From Lepidodermella squamata (taxonomy: Eukaryota; Animalia; Gastrotricha): 64,000 nt of DNA. A program made the translations under genes and the position numbers. The notes under the pieces are model-generated. The model did not search any database. It saw nothing but the letters and a program-made list of their open reading frames with translations, and was not told the DNA's origin. The stretch is taken from positions 1 to 64,000 of the forward strand of contig JBLDXI010000010.1 of NCBI GenBank assembly GCA_047495785.1. Direction: 5' to 3'. Below, one piece after another: positions 45,941 to 60,635 of the stretch; position 1 is the first letter of the stretch; each line of letters begins with the position of its first letter.

Positions 45941-46978
45941 ATCTGATTCACGGAAAATATGCACTTCATTTAAGATATTTTGTTGTCCTTCCTTCCACGC
46001 CCTGAGGCTGAAGTCAAAGTGTAAAGAAACATTATTTATTTTATATTAATTTGTATTAAATAAAGGCGATAATTTTAAGTATACAGCAGTGTTGATTTGA
46101 AGTGTCGCAGATTTTTGCGTATTTACTTATGGCCGTATGTAGGCGGCGATGGAGACAGACGATGATGATGAATGCCTTCTACCACCAAGTTTCAAGGTTT
46201 AATAACATATGTTCATTACAGACAGCTGCTGATAGGTGTGAATCGATGATTTTGTTATCCTCTCGATTCCCAAATGCCTACGGGCCTACTACTACAAGTT
46301 CGCTCCAATAAATAATTGCCGAAAATCTTGGTCCGTATTATAGTTTTTTCAGAATAATTAAGATTTTTCTCAAACTCTACAAAGCACCTAGCATCGCCTA
46401 GCCTCCCTTGACCCTTGACATCACGCCGAAGACGCCCACGCGATTCAGAAGCGCTATCATTATTGAAAAAATAGTCACAGAAAACTGATGACACCATGAT
46501 TGCTTGTTTTAAAATTTGTTTGAATGTTTCACCCATCGGACGAAGCCAAAATGTAGATTTATTAAAAAAGTACACCCAACTCCATAAGCCATGAACAACT
46601 CCTTGTTCTTCTCCGAAAATTTGATTCCCGCTTGAGAAAGGTCCGAGGTCGGTTTTGGGGTTCGTTTAGGCTAATTCTCCTACCCTCAATGGCTGCTCAT
46701 TGGAGAGGCGATAGGTCAAGGAAAAGTCGCGTAATGAGTGTTAAGGCACATCATGCGACCAGTCGCCACAGCGATTCAAGCATTTTTTCAATAAGCTGCT
46801 GGAAACTCACCTGTAAGGTTCAACGCTTGATTCTAGGATTGTATAACAAAGAGCTCGAAATTTGGCATAAATTCATTTCAAAACCTCGTAGTAACATTCC
46901 GAGAAATGATTTTTTGGATTCAGTTATGTTCGAAAGGCTTTAAAAAAGTTGACATTTAAAAAAAATATTCGCGCCGAG

Positions 46979-47624
46979 ACGGCGGCTACGGCAGCTGTCA
47001 CACAAAAACCCGTGCGACGGTGCAAACGTAAAACAGCCATGTGAAGTCTGCTTCGCAAAAACACGATCTTATATTTTCTTATTGTCCGAAATTTATTTCC
47101 CGAGTAAGCGTAGAAGCTTTGGTCTAAACGTTTTTTCGAAAGTTAAGAATCATGAGCCGTTATATCCGATACCTATGCGACGTTCACCAATTTTCTTTCC
47201 CAAACATCACCTTATAATAAAAATAGAAATACGGCGGGAAGTTGTTTTCCCAACTTTTCGAAAACAAACAATTGCTTAATAACATTCCTCACTCATATCG
47301 CCCCAATCAAATGTTCGAAAGCGAACGTTTTTCATGGCGGAGGTAATGAAAGTAAGGAAATCCAAGCTTTCGCATTGCTATAAACGTATTTTAGCGATTA
47401 TTCAGGGTTTAGGCCAGAGTTTCAACGTTTCAGCCACCTGTTAGGATGAGCCAGAAATGGGACATTATTTCATTTTAAAATTTCTTAGTAAAATTCTGAG
47501 AAATTTATTTATATTGATTCAGCTTTTATTTATGGATTCAGCTGAAAAGGTGCTATGTATTGAGAAAATTATTTGCACGGAAAATTCAAATTCAAAATTC
47601 TACGGCGGCTACGGCAGCTGTCAC
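46979..47624. repeat. 23 bp exact direct repeat ACGGCGGCTACGGCAGCTGTCAC at 46979 and 47602
   Basis: Seen directly in intergenic DNA; probably transposon-derived. Confidence 0.6.
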
Positions 47625-50552
47625 TCAACAACTTTAGCGTAATAGAACAAACGATTTTGCGAAGCTTACTCTATATATTAGCCTCAGCTGTTAGCTAAAA
47701 GCTCGGACATATCTTCTTTATTTCTCTAACATCTATTTCTCGAGAAAGCGTTGAAACTCTGGTCTGAACTTCACAGGTGTGATTCTATCAACCGTTACAT
47801 TCGTTTCACGACTTCTATTCAACGTTAGCAAAAATTACTTTCCGAAAAATAGGTACCTTATCTAAAGGAACAGCGGGGCTTTCTTAAGGCGGAGTCGGAC
47901 TTTTTGGGAAATTCTGGGTAGTGTTTTGAGTGTTGAGTGAGCTTAAATAACCGAAATGTCGTTCTAATGAACTTATTTGGCTGTGACGGCCCGACGAGAA
48001 ACCGAAGATCATGTTTATTAGCCGGAAAAAATGTAACAATGAGCCTGTTTTTTTCCTTGATTTATTCAGTGATTAGTAATTTGTGGGGGTTTTCGGGATA
48101 TAAACGGGAATTGTGCCTTTGCGCTATCATTTCCCACGTTCATCCGCATAATTGCCTGCAGCATGAGTCGCAATAGACAGAAGACGGCTACAATCATATT
48201 AACATGTTTATAGAAGACATTTTTTTATATTGAAATTCACAGGCCAAAAATCAGCAAGTCGACGCACGACCAGCCGGAACACCATTGTCTCCGCTTTTTT
48301 GTAAGTCGTAGACTTGTATTGAGACAAAACTCACAAAAGTTGCAAATCTCATTACCGAAAAATCGAAGCCAGTGTGCCGAAAAAAGCAGACTTTGGCGCG
48401 CGCCAGTTTCCGTTCCTTTTTTTCGCCTTCTTATTCGCCCGTCTAATTTTTCTCGTTATCATAATCACCCGCTCAAAGTTTGGCGCGACAACACAAGAGA
48501 CATGTCATTTGCTAGCGAAAGCTCAAATCCTTTGTTAGTTTTCCGCGTTATTTCTACGCCCATTGTTTGCGATCGAAAAACACGAATTATCAGTAGATTT
48601 AAATCCCGAAAAAATTCGCCTGCCAGGGTCTGCTTTATCGAATTTACATCCCATTTGACCGCAAGCTTAAAAAAACATTGTGCACTGTTTTATTTTCGCA
48701 AGACTTTAGACCTTGATTCTGTACCCGCTGATCTGAAGAATTTGAACTACTTTTACGTGATAATATACACGAGCAGGTGTTATAATTTTAGAATCTGAGC
48801 ATCTGTTTTTGTTACTTTCAAGCAAATCACGTTTGACAGGGTCATTGAAGGATGTCGTTACGAAAATTACCCAATAAATTGCATGGCGAAACGTAGCGAA
48901 AATAGCGAATTAGTAACAGCCTTGGTAATACCTATTTGTAATTAATTGTTTTTGCGATTTAATTCATTGCTTCTTATGACCGAGTCGTTCAGAATCAGGC
49001 TACGTGGTTGTCCAGGTCAGATAAGGTTTGATTTGGATTTGGTATTTTTTGAACAAATTACTTGCGAAATTGAAACTCTTCTAGGAAACGTTTTATTTTA
49101 CCCGATTACTATACAAGATAAGTATCTTAAAATTAAGAATAATAATTTTAGGCTTGAGCTCACAATGTATTTTCCCAAACCCCGATGTGTTAACAGGTGT
49201 TAGTTCTTTGGATAAAACGCCTTCAGATATTGACATTTTCTCTCCAGTTTTTTGTCCGTTACCATGAGCCTAATATAATATAACGGAAGTAAGACGAATG
49301 GCTGGCATTTCCATTGTTTTAGCTCAAAACATTTAGAATTCCTCTTATTCAGCGGATTATCACAAAATCACTTGTAACAACTTCCGTTATATTGTATGAG
49401 CTGATTTATTTACGATAATTCAATTGCATTTTTTTTATTAATAATTGATATAATTTGTTGCTCAGTTTATGGTTTTGTGAATGCGTGGGAGAGATTTCTT
49501 ATTCATCCGATCAGTGGGCGCGCGCGCAGCCTTGCAATACCCGTGCTGTTTTCACATACGGGAGAAGGACAGAAAACTGTTAATAATCGATCTAGTTGGC
49601 CACCGGGTCAGCTATCAATAATACAAGCCTTACAACACGTTTTATAATGTCTTTAATTCAGTTAACGAAAGGAAGTTCTGTTTTTTTCAATAAGGACACA
49701 CATAGTCTCCATAATACGGAATTATGAATGGAAATTTTAAGCGTTTATACAGCCGCGGCGAGGTTCAAGATCTTTTAATGAATTCGGAAGAACCACGGGG
49801 TCTGTTTTGATCTACTCATGTGTGGGACCGTGCACTTGTCGCGCGCCGAAATTTCATATCATATATCTTTTTTTAGAAAAAAATAACGCAACGCGATGAT
49901 CTTAGGGATAGAAAACAATTTCGGGGCCGTTTTTTTTTATGACGGATAGTATATTGTGAAAAAGTCCCACTATGGAGACAGTATAAAATTGTTCTTGCTT
50001 TTTTTATTTATTTCAAATTTCAACGACAATAGCGGCTGGCCCGTTTTCATCATCATTAACATGTATACCCACTGCGCATCCGCACAGCGCGCTCTTAATG
50101 ATCGCCGATCATTGACCCACGCAATCCGACGCAGCTATAATAATAATAGTAACAACTCGTAGGATGTAGTTTTTATTTGCGATTATTGAGAGAGATGATA
50201 ATAATAATAAGAATTGATGCGCACCGCGGCCTCGCCCCAAAAACTAAAACAAAAAATACGCGCACTGACTATGCATATATCATTTTCAGCGTCTTTGGCC
50301 TGTACGCGGCGCCACGGGCTTTAGACGATAGAAATTCAATTTGAATTTTTCGAACTTTTGATATAACCTTGCAATACAATGGCGCCGTATTTTTTCGTTA
50401 ACTGGCACAGGCACTTTTTAAAGACCTTATTCCCAGCGCCGACGCCGAGGCGGTTCCTAAGGGCGCACCGAAATTTCGCCTCGTTTTCATCATCAATTGG
50501 CGCTGAAGTAACCGAGGCCGAGGACGTTTTTTACAGCGTTAGCTCTGACAAC

Positions 50553-52877
50553 ATGGTGCTTCTCAACGAATTGACATCACCCGGCGCTATGGCCGCGCAT
50601 GCCACCTTCTACCTACCCCACATAATATTTTTCCTGTACAAGATTGGCCAATCAGTTTTCTCGCCTACAACGAAACTCTACCTGTACACTTCGATATGTT
50701 CAGATCGATATGGCGAAACGCCGTTCCAGTTAATACCCGACGAACCAGTGTTGGGTTATGACCCAGTTACAACACCTAGGCCTTTCCATAGACCGAAAAC
50801 GGGCAAATCGGGCGGAAGCCAATCGAACAGCTCAATTACACGGCGAGTTTTGACCGAGCCACCTGCAACTTTCACACGAAACTTTACAACTTGTCAAGAT
50901 CTGTCCGGCGTCGAGGAGGATCTTATTCAGATGCAAGCCGCTGATTACATCATGTTGATGAAAATTCTGCAGGACGTTCCCGCTTTTATGCTTGGAATGT
51001 TTTGCGGTGGCTGGAGTGATCGTGTCGGTCGACGGCTTCCTATGATGTTGCCTTGCATTGGTGGCCTGATCGTGACACTTTTATTCGTCATAATTCAGGT
51101 AATCATAATTCGAATGATCAGCCTCCGAATTTTCATTAATTCTACAAAATTGCACTGGGAAACCGAAAATTTTAATAAGAAATCTGTTAAAATTTCAAAA
51201 ATCCAAACCAGCTGAAAGCTGAATGCTGACTTTTTTTTACCCATCGACTTCACATTTTTTGTATTGCAGGCCAGTGGAGGCGTAGCGATTCCTGGAATAT
51301 TGTTTGGTGTTGCAGTTAATTCCTTCACCGGCCGTAACACCTTGGTGAGTACTTTCAAGCTGGAACTTTATAATTGAGCTTATCGATCGATAGGTTTCAA
51401 TGGCTGTTCAAGCCTACGTAACGGACCAGTCGAATGAGCAGGAGAGAACTCGTCAGTTGGGCCGAATTTTAGCTATGAACTTTTTCGGCCTTTTCGCTGG
51501 GTCTTTTATCATGGGTATGTATCATTTTCACTTGAAAATCGCAGTTTAACCGTTTATTTTTTGTTTATTTATAGCAATTTTAGCCGATCGTGTGTCTTTC
51601 TGGGTCGTTTTTCTGTGTGTTGCCGTGTTCTACGCATCGGCTCTTGCTTTGATTTATTTCCTGTTACCCGAGAGCAAAATGCCTGGACATCATGGTCACG
51701 GTCATGGTCACGCAACCGTCACCAAACGGCCATCATCATCCTCCCTAGCATCCTACCCCCAAGCAGAGAGCGGAACCCCGATAAAGCCGTCCGAGTCACA
51801 GGAGGACCTCAGCAACTTGCCCCTGCTCAAGAAGCTGACCTCATGCTTGAGAATTGAAAACTTCACGGACACGCTTAGCACGATTACACGCCAGCGGCCG
51901 AACAACATGCGCCGGTACCTGATCGTGTCCTACATTTGCATAGTCCTACACAACATGTGCAAGTCTGGCGAAATCGACGTTCTGCTACTTTTCGTCAAGC
52001 ATACCCCGCTAAATTGGACGAAAAGCGGCTACGGCTATCTGCTCTCTTTCCAATACGCCACCGTCGGCCTGTTCCTCATTTTCCTACTGCCTTTCTTGCT
52101 AAATAAGCTAAAGCTTACAGACTCAAACATAATCATTGGCTGCGTTATCACAAAGGTAAATTTAACAAATCAATTGAAATTCACTGAAATAATTGACATT
52201 TTTAGGCCATCGGACTTTCCTTCCTTGCCTTCAGTGACCAAACTTGGATGGTGTATGTATCAAACGTTTTCGTGTCAACATTCGGCATGATCATTTCATG
52301 CATGCGATCAATTGTTTCGAAAATTGTCGACGAAGATGAAACTGGCCGGTGCTTTGCAATCATCTCATCTTCGGAGACTGTTAGCGACTTGTTCGGCGTC
52401 GTACTCTTCACGCGGCTCTACTACATCGGCCTGTCGATGGACAACGGCAGGCCTTTACCCTTTCTAGTCATGGCTATGGTCCATATAATCCTTCTAGTCC
52501 TAGCGATTTATATAAGCCATGGCATTAAAAAGTACGGAGGCGATAATGCAAATGGATCTGGTGGTTATGATACGCTGGTCGAAGAGGGTGCGGAAACTTC
52601 CGCTGGACACCCTGGAAATAACGGGGCGATCCTAGCTGGAATGCGTGCGAATAGTTCGGTCAGTTCTACTATGGACGAGGAGGGTGGGCCAAGTCGTAGC
52701 AGTGTTACATCGCAACCTGGAGGCCCTAAAACTCCTATCAGATCGGCTGGACTAGAGGGAAGCCCTGCCGCTAGCGGGTACGGCGCCTTCCAACAGCCTG
52801 TGGGCAGTAAGTCTAGCAACAATCCATTCCTAAACACTACGCCAGCAAACAGCAGCAACGAACGAAATTTCTACTAA
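50553..52877 (+). CDS. SLC46 (PCFT-like) MFS transporter, multi-exon
   Basis: GGWSDRVGRRLPMMLPCIG, AYVTDQS..ERTR, LLFVKHTPLNW and RSIVSKIVDEDETGRCF. Confidence 0.85.
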
Positions 52878-53196
52878 AATTACTTGCAGGTGATTGCTTC
52901 ATGTTTTACGCCAAAAAATCCTTTCTTATTGCTGTATTCTATTTATAACTTAGCCTTATCTGTTTTCTGAAGTAAGATTTTGTTCACTCCCAGCGGCTTC
53001 AATTAAATTTTTGAATACATATAACCGTTTTGAGTAAATTATGTGCTAGCGTCATAGTTTTATCGTACCAAATAACTGGTCTGTTACATTCAGAGATAAA
53101 TAAAAGAGAAATTTGGCGCTTTTGACTTTTCAGGATTTTACTGAGATATAACGAATATTTGACGCACATTTACTAAGGCTTCAATTGCCAAGTGTT

Positions 53197-56100
53197 TTAC
53201 ACAGGAGTGATGTCGCCCTGCTGGGCTAGAAAATTGGCCGCTGTGCCTGAGACAGTTTTCCATTTCTTAACATTCGCCAGTGACGGCCGTTTCTCGCCAT
53301 TATAGGTGAGAGGGATATCGATCGTGTCTTGCTCTATTGTCTCGTTATCTTTCAAATGCTGATCGTCAATCGACGCGAAAAACTGGTGCTTCTTCTTATT
53401 GGCGAACGCGAATATTTTACGCCGAGCCGGGCTGTTGCTGCCGCTGTGACTCACTTGAGGCGAGAAGCGTTGAAACGGCGCGAATCGATGCCCTACATGA
53501 TCGTTACTGCCCGACTCTGAATACAACTGACCGTTCGAAGCTACTTTCTTTTGAGGACTTGGATTGGCGCTCATTGTTGCGAATATCTTCTTGGAGCCGT
53601 TTTTGAAAATTTGGGAAGGCGAAGAGGCGGCAGATACAACCATAACGTTCTGCTTCGAGCCGTTCATGTTGATTTGCTTGCCGTTTTTAGACAACAGGAG
53701 TAGCGTATTCTTAACCGGTATGGAATCTGGCTTCCGTCTGTTTGCCAAGTTGGCGGCAATTTTGCTAGGCTTTATCCTTTCATCGTCATCGCTGTTTCCA
53801 CCATCCAGCATCCTAAGCAAATCTTCAGTGTCCTGATCTACATCTGAGTCAGTATCGGAAGCGCAACTCCTTAGCGGCATTGATTTCGGTAGGGGTGAGA
53901 AAATCGGAGCCATGGCCATGAACAATGGATTAATGGTTGTTGAAGTTGATCTCCTCGTAGGAGGTGGCTTTGATCTCATGACTTTAGGGGTCTCCTCAAC
54001 TTTATGACGCCTCGTAATGGTTTCCGTGCTTTTGACGTGTTTCTTACCTCGCCTTTCGCTTCCCTCGGTATCATCATACACGTCGTCATCACTATCGCGA
54101 TTCTTCTTCGAAAGCAACGGATTGTCACTGCGGCGTCTCTCCTTTGACGAGTCAACCCGATCGACGGTCTCAGCTTTGGCCTTGGATCTTATGTGGCCAT
54201 GACGGTGTTTAGTGCTATGGCTTCTCTGTCGGTGCACACCCCGGGACTTTGGATCCTCGGAGGATTGCCTTCTGATAGTTCCACTTGATTTCGATGGGGT
54301 TACAGAGCGTCTCTTTCTCCTTTCATCATCAGTAGTACAACGAGAGCTTTCTTCCCCCTCAGTAAGCCTCGGCTCAAGCCTGTGGTGGGAGTATCTTCGA
54401 TCCGCTTTTTCATGATGGCCCTCTGACTTGTTGCTTCTCTGCTCAGATGCAGCTTGTTTTGTCGGTGAAGTTTTGTCAATAGATTCTGAGTTTTCCGACT
54501 GAGATAACGCATGAGTGTGGCGATTGTTTGTCGAGTTGGCATGACCCGATACAGAATCCATAGTCACAGTTGGCGTTGAGGAAATGCCTGGTGTTGAGGC
54601 TATGTTGTTATTGCTGCAGGTCGGCGTGCTTATCCCATCCCTTTCATTGATCGAAGAAGATTTCAGGAGAGAAACAGCGACACTTGCCGGCGTTCTGGGT
54701 GTCTCTAGGGTAATTCCAGGTCTCTTAGCCCCAGGACTACTTCCATTCATCTTAGATGGCCGAGCAGTAGCGAATTTAAACTTGGTTTTCACTCCACTTC
54801 TCTGAAGGAGGTCTTCGTTCCCAGTATAGACGACATACAACTTCGGGCCGAACATACACATTTGGATATCGATTGCGGACAAAGTGATGCAAAGAAGGAA
54901 ACTTGTCATTTGAACCTGTCAAGTTTAATCGCAATGAAAGAATATTTCTAGGAAATCTTAGTTAGAACGTACAGTGTAGTTTGATGTCACGAGGAAGTAT
55001 ATGGGCATAAGACCGATCCAAACCACGCATGAGGAGTACATTAAAAAGGCGATATATTTAGCCTCTAAAGATTAAAATCAGTTAAAAATTAAAAAAAAAA
55101 ATTAACAAGCAACTTACCGTTGAAATTCTCAGGAATGTTGCGCACTTGCCACGCTAAACTTGTTGTAGCCACGATTACGAGGATATCGTAGATGAAAGTC
55201 AAGAAGAAAGTCGTGTTCTTAATTTTACACCTAACAATAGTTTCTGGTAGGTTGATGGTCCAATGTTCGACCTCAGGTGGCTCGAGGGTAAGGCAGACGA
55301 TTGACAGCAGCAAAGAAACGGCCGTACACAGCAGTGACATGATGATTTGGGATTTCGGGGATATGAACGGGGGTCGATGGATAAGATTGCTCAAGCTCGG
55401 CATGAAAATCCTGTAGATTCGATGAGTTTTCGTGAAGATCGAAGCATAGCACATGGTTAGCGATACCGGCATTCCTAAAAGTCCTCTTCAACACACTTCA
55501 AAGTACATAAGTCAATATCTTACCCAGGCGCATGATAGTACAGCTAACAAAGGAAGGCCACAATGGCTGGAGCATGATAGTTATAAAAGTCATAGTGAGG
55601 CCAGTTAAGAGGATAACACTAGATTCACGACCAGAAGCTTTGATGATGGCTGTTTTGTTGTATCGAATCAGAGTGTAGAGGATGATCAAATTAATCACCA
55701 GACCCATGCAACTGAGAGCGATGGGGATGCATGGCCAAATCGTGTACCAATCAATGTGGACGAATCGAATCTTTTCGCATTGGTCAACTCTTGTTGATGA
55801 TTGCAGCTCATCCTCTGGGCAATCACTACATTCCCTACTGGACATATTGAGGTACTTGTTCTTGTGACATCGTTCGCAATGCCAGCAACACTGGCTGTCG
55901 CTAGTATACTCGTAGCCTTGGTCCGGTGGGCACTGGTCGGAACAATAAGAAACAGGCATTGGTGCGTCGTAGGAGCCCCTTGCGCAAAATGTTTGAATCG
56001 CTCCTTTGACGTGAGGTTGGTGCAAAGCAAGTCTAGAATCGTAAATTCTTGCTTTCCAGTTAATTTTATTGCAATAACTTACCCATCCTTAGGATTCCAC

Positions 56101-58171
56101 CATCCAGTTTTGACGTACTCGTAAGTGCCGTTCTTTCGCAGCCTGAATTGATAGACTTCATACTTTCCCTCGACGCCGCCTTCGCTGTTGAACTGGATAT
56201 GATTTTTGGAGATTCCGAAGAAGCTCACGTTTTGGATAAAGTCTCGAACTAATGTACCGTTGTAAATCACTCTTTTCATGTTCGTACACAGTCCATGATA
56301 GCTTTCTCCGCAATAAATCTAGCAAACACACGTTAATCCATTTGGAGGATAAGATAGGAACACGCATACCCGTTGAATATTTCTCAGAGCGTGGGCCAAC
56401 GCGTAGACAGAATCGATCACAAATTGAATGAGACCCTCTTGCCGATAATTTTTCACTAACGAGTTGCCCGAGTCTGTGTTAATGGAAAATTAAAGCTGAT
56501 TAAAATCAGAACTACAGCAACGTATGCTGCGGACACTTACCAGGGCATTTTTTGAAATTGCTAACGGCGCCTGACGCCCTGCAAGAACAGTTGTTCAGCT
56601 GTTCCCAATATTCCTGTAGCCACGGATTTTTCGCGGCAACTTTAGCGTCATTGCACTTGAATTGCAAGCTCCGCATGTATACGTCAAAATCTGTCACGAG
56701 TTCTTTTTGCGGCAATATCGTGATTGCGCCATCTGCAACTTCTTCGAGGCCTTGAACAAGCCGCTGTTTTGCTCCCCAGCTATCACTTGCGAGCCAGTAA
56801 AATTGATTCGTCCGTCCTTGAACAAAATAATGAACCTGAGGAGGAATTGAAGCTAAGCATACCTCTTCTAACTGTGGCTTGAAGTAATCTTCGGATATTC
56901 GCCTCGTTACAAAATAGGACTACGCCCCGTGCTCGCTCATTGGAAGCCATTTTGTCAACGAGGTCATCGAAAAACTTATCCTTGGCATTCCTCGGGATGA
57001 AGTACTCCTGACCGATGCATACATCTGCGAGATTTAATCTTGAAAAGAAGCCATATAAATGTCATTCAGAAGCCTTACAGTGATCGATCGCCTCGGCGAA
57101 TGACTTGACGCCTTTGTAACCATACGGCCCCTCGTCGCCAACAGCCCAAACGTAGCGCCATTTCAATGAATGGACAATGGCGGCCATAACTTCCGCCTGA
57201 AGATTATCCGGAGGCACAACTCGGAAGAAGAAATCGAACCGCGATCGGTCACTCAGCTCAGTTGAGGTTGCAGCGTAACTAATTTGCGGAATCTAAAGAA
57301 ACAAGCTCATAAATTCCTCCTTAATCCTCTTACAAATCTGTAATACCTGGAAAAGGCGTAGAACGGAGGCAACTGCCGTAGTGATTGAGGATTGTGCTGG
57401 GCCTATAACTGCCACTATTGGCTTCCTTACAGCGGCGGTTGGCGTTTTGATCAATGGAGGGGCTGCCACCTGGTTTGAAGGCGAACCAGGCGTGATGGAA
57501 GATGCGAGGGAAGCCAAGGTTTGGCTGGATTCCAACTGCGAATATCCGTTGTTTGTATTCAAAAAATTTGCCGCCGTGTTTGTCCCAGAGTAAGTCACTC
57601 TTTGCGCATAGACATTAGGAGATGTCCCTTCCGCGTCAAGATCAAGAGCACCCCTCAAGGAGCGGCTTCTCATCGCGATGAACTCCAAAACTCGTTCCAT
57701 GGCGTAAATATCATTTTGGCAGGTATCGTGGGCGTGCAGGCCAATTTTGATCCCAGGTAGAATCATTTCATGATTATTCAACCTGTCAACAGCATACATC
57801 ATAGCTAGCAGCCTTTGAAACCCAGTTTCAGCATTCAGCGTTCCGCACGGCTTCCCTTCGCCCTTGTCGTGGACCTGTTGTATGGGAGACAGTAATTGAC
57901 CTCTAGACGGCTAATTAAGCGCCCAACTTACGGGAAAGAGGCCTCCGAACATGACATCACCAGGCTCGATAACGGCGGGGTGTAGTCGATGTGACGCATC
58001 AAAGTCCACCCCAATCGAAGCTGCTGCAGCCGCTCTGTTGATTTGGGTTGTAGTATCGGCTATTTGCACGTATTGGGAATTAACCGGCGTAGTACGGCGG
58101 GATTTTGTTGCGCAATATGCGATTGAGGCGTTGAGTAACATCAGCAAAACGCCTCTTAAAATCGGCAACAT
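53197..58171 (-). CDS. Metabotropic glutamate receptor-like class C GPCR with a long low-complexity C-tail, multi-exon
   Basis: GDVMFGGLFPVH, DTC, VIGPAQSS, QISYAATS, FFRVVPPD, NPWLQEYW, CCWHCERC, IIKASGRE, TKTHRIYRIF and IPENFNE. Confidence 0.93.
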
Positions 58172-60145
58172 GTCTCATGCCAAAACTAACTTAACCTTTA
58201 TCCATCTTGTAGTAGGATCCGATATGAGTGACAAGTCTCGATTAATTTCAGTGTTAAAATGCGAGCCTTTTTGCTATTAAAAAAAGATAGAGAGAAAATT
58301 TGAAGCGACTTTATCTGATGCGTGTTTAGCTTCGCATCAAGGGAAAAATAATTCGATAACGATTCGAGTTATTTTGTCAGTAAATCCTATGACGACTAAA
58401 GATGCTGTGATCCGTGTGCGCAGTGTTATTCAGTGCTGAGTATTTTTCCGACTAGCGTAATGATGATACCTCTTGTGTGACGGGTGAAGTTAATTAAAAA
58501 CGCGACGTCGAAGTCTTTCGCATGTACCTATATGCCCGAGATCGACATAATCACGAGGAGGGGCGATGATTAATGCCATCTCTAGGTATTTTTTTTACTA
58601 TATAAATTGTAAAAAATGATCAAGTGTTTACTCGATGTGTTAGCGGCGGAATAGTTCGTTGAGCTGAATTCGGACTTCGCCGACGAGAAATCAAAGTCGA
58701 CCCGATTTCCGGGAGATTATAGACGAACGCTGTTTGTAAAATTTATGCAAAATTTCGTCCGCAATAATCGAACTCGTTGAGACAAATACACTGTGATGTG
58801 GGCCGAAACTACTGACGGCGGTCTTGACTTGAGGATTAACGCCTTTTCTATGTCTGTGATATCGAAAATGGCTACTTTTCCTGCACCTGTCTACTTCACG
58901 ACCCGAATATTCCGACTGAAAGCGATGGCGATTAAAAAGTTTGAAATCGATACCACGCGAACTAGGTTTTGTTGTTTGTTTATTGCGTAGAAATTGAGGC
59001 GTAAATTACATATTAGTCAAATCGATCACCATAATATATAGCTTTTTGGTATTTTATTGCTAAGAGCGAGCAATCAACGGAAAAAATTAAGGTCACATTA
59101 CCCAAAATAAGGGCCAGGCCTCGTGCGATTTTTGCAGTCATTTTTTCATCTCCCGTTGAGATAAATTTTCGATCTATCATCAATCAGCCAATCAAATAAG
59201 GGAAAGTGACATGTAACAAATATGTGGCCCGGCTAACTGGCCTTCAATAGCTATTTCCCAATTTTTGTTATCTATTCACGTTGATTTTCTGTTAATTTTT
59301 TAGTCATCGTCAAAATAACCCACATTCGTCACCCTAAATTTCAACTTTTTCACTCAAGCACGGTTTTTAAATTAAGTGAGTGTTCAAATAATTTTTGACG
59401 TCGGAGCTTAGAGGTCGAATGTCTACTCTCGGCATTGTTTGATGGTTTCGAAAATCCAGGAGAAAAATAATTTGTTTCGTCTTACATACGTTGTATTTGC
59501 CGAACTCGCGGAAGTGCGCTGGGCGCCTACTCGGCAGAGCGTCCGACCTCTGTCCGTCCGACCGAAATTAGTGTGACGGAAACGATAATTCCACATCAAT
59601 CATTTCCATGTATCATCAAGCGTCAATAAATTTTTTCAGCTTCAGTATAAGAAAGTAAATTATTTCGATTTCGCGAGTACGTAACTAAAACATCCGTTTG
59701 GAACCTATATTATGATTACTTTCATACACGTGGTATTTAACTCGAGATGAAATTTCAGCTTATGATGCCCTGCGATGCGCGAATACTGTTTTACTCCTCG
59801 ATGGCCAGTTCATCCGATCTGTCGATCGTTGAGGTCAAATTGGTGATTAAATGTTCATAGCTTTTTCACGCCGATAAGCGCAAATTCGTCCCATGGCTAA
59901 ATGGCCTTGGCGCTTCATAAATGAACTCATAAACTTTGCAAATCGGCTCATTAGGCTCCGAAACGATGAAAGGAAAAATAAAAAAGGAAAAATAAAAGCT
60001 TTGAAAACTTGGCGTTCCAGGAGAATCGAACCGCAATATAGGATTTCGCCAAATTGCTTGACCATTTTATACTTGGCGCTTGGCGCACAAATTAAGAATT
60101 CTAATTAGAAAGGGTGTGACTTTTTCCATCAGACATAATTTCTTC

Positions 60146-60635
60146 TTTTATCAGACATGTGTCTTATTTCATCCGACATCCTAAAGTGTGACTTTAATTA
60201 TCCGACAACAGTTCTCACTCCGAACCAAGTTTCACTGAATTTTTAGCAAATGAGGGAACTTCAAGAAAAACTTGTTGACTGTGGATATCTAGTGATTCCG
60301 AAGTCGATATTGATTAGGAAAAGGGGTATTTGGTTTAGGAATATTTTTGAGATAGAAAAATCCGTTCGAAATCCTAGCATTGAACCCTTTTTTACGTCAA
60401 AGGACGGAATTTTGAAGTCCCTATTCCGCCAACTCATGGGTTCCTCAAAATATTTCTCGTTTTGGAATCGATTGGAGCCACCGATCGAATATAAAGAACT
60501 GAGTTTATAGGTTCTTGGGCTTGGCTATTGGGCAGAGATGATCGGCAAAGTTTGAATTTATAGGCAAATTTCGTGTTGTTTATTTCAAGTCACATTTTAG
60601 GGTGTCGGATGAAATAAGACATATGTCTTATAAAA
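60146..60635. mobile_element. MITE-like element with ~49 bp imperfect inverted repeats
   Basis: AGACATGTGTCTTATTTCATCCGACATCCTAAAGTGTGACTT is mirrored at 60587-60635. Confidence 0.65.

Noticed and set aside
46100-50300. Short ORFs as genes
   Set aside because: No recognisable motifs or consistent exon chain. It looks like intergenic or repeat-derived DNA.
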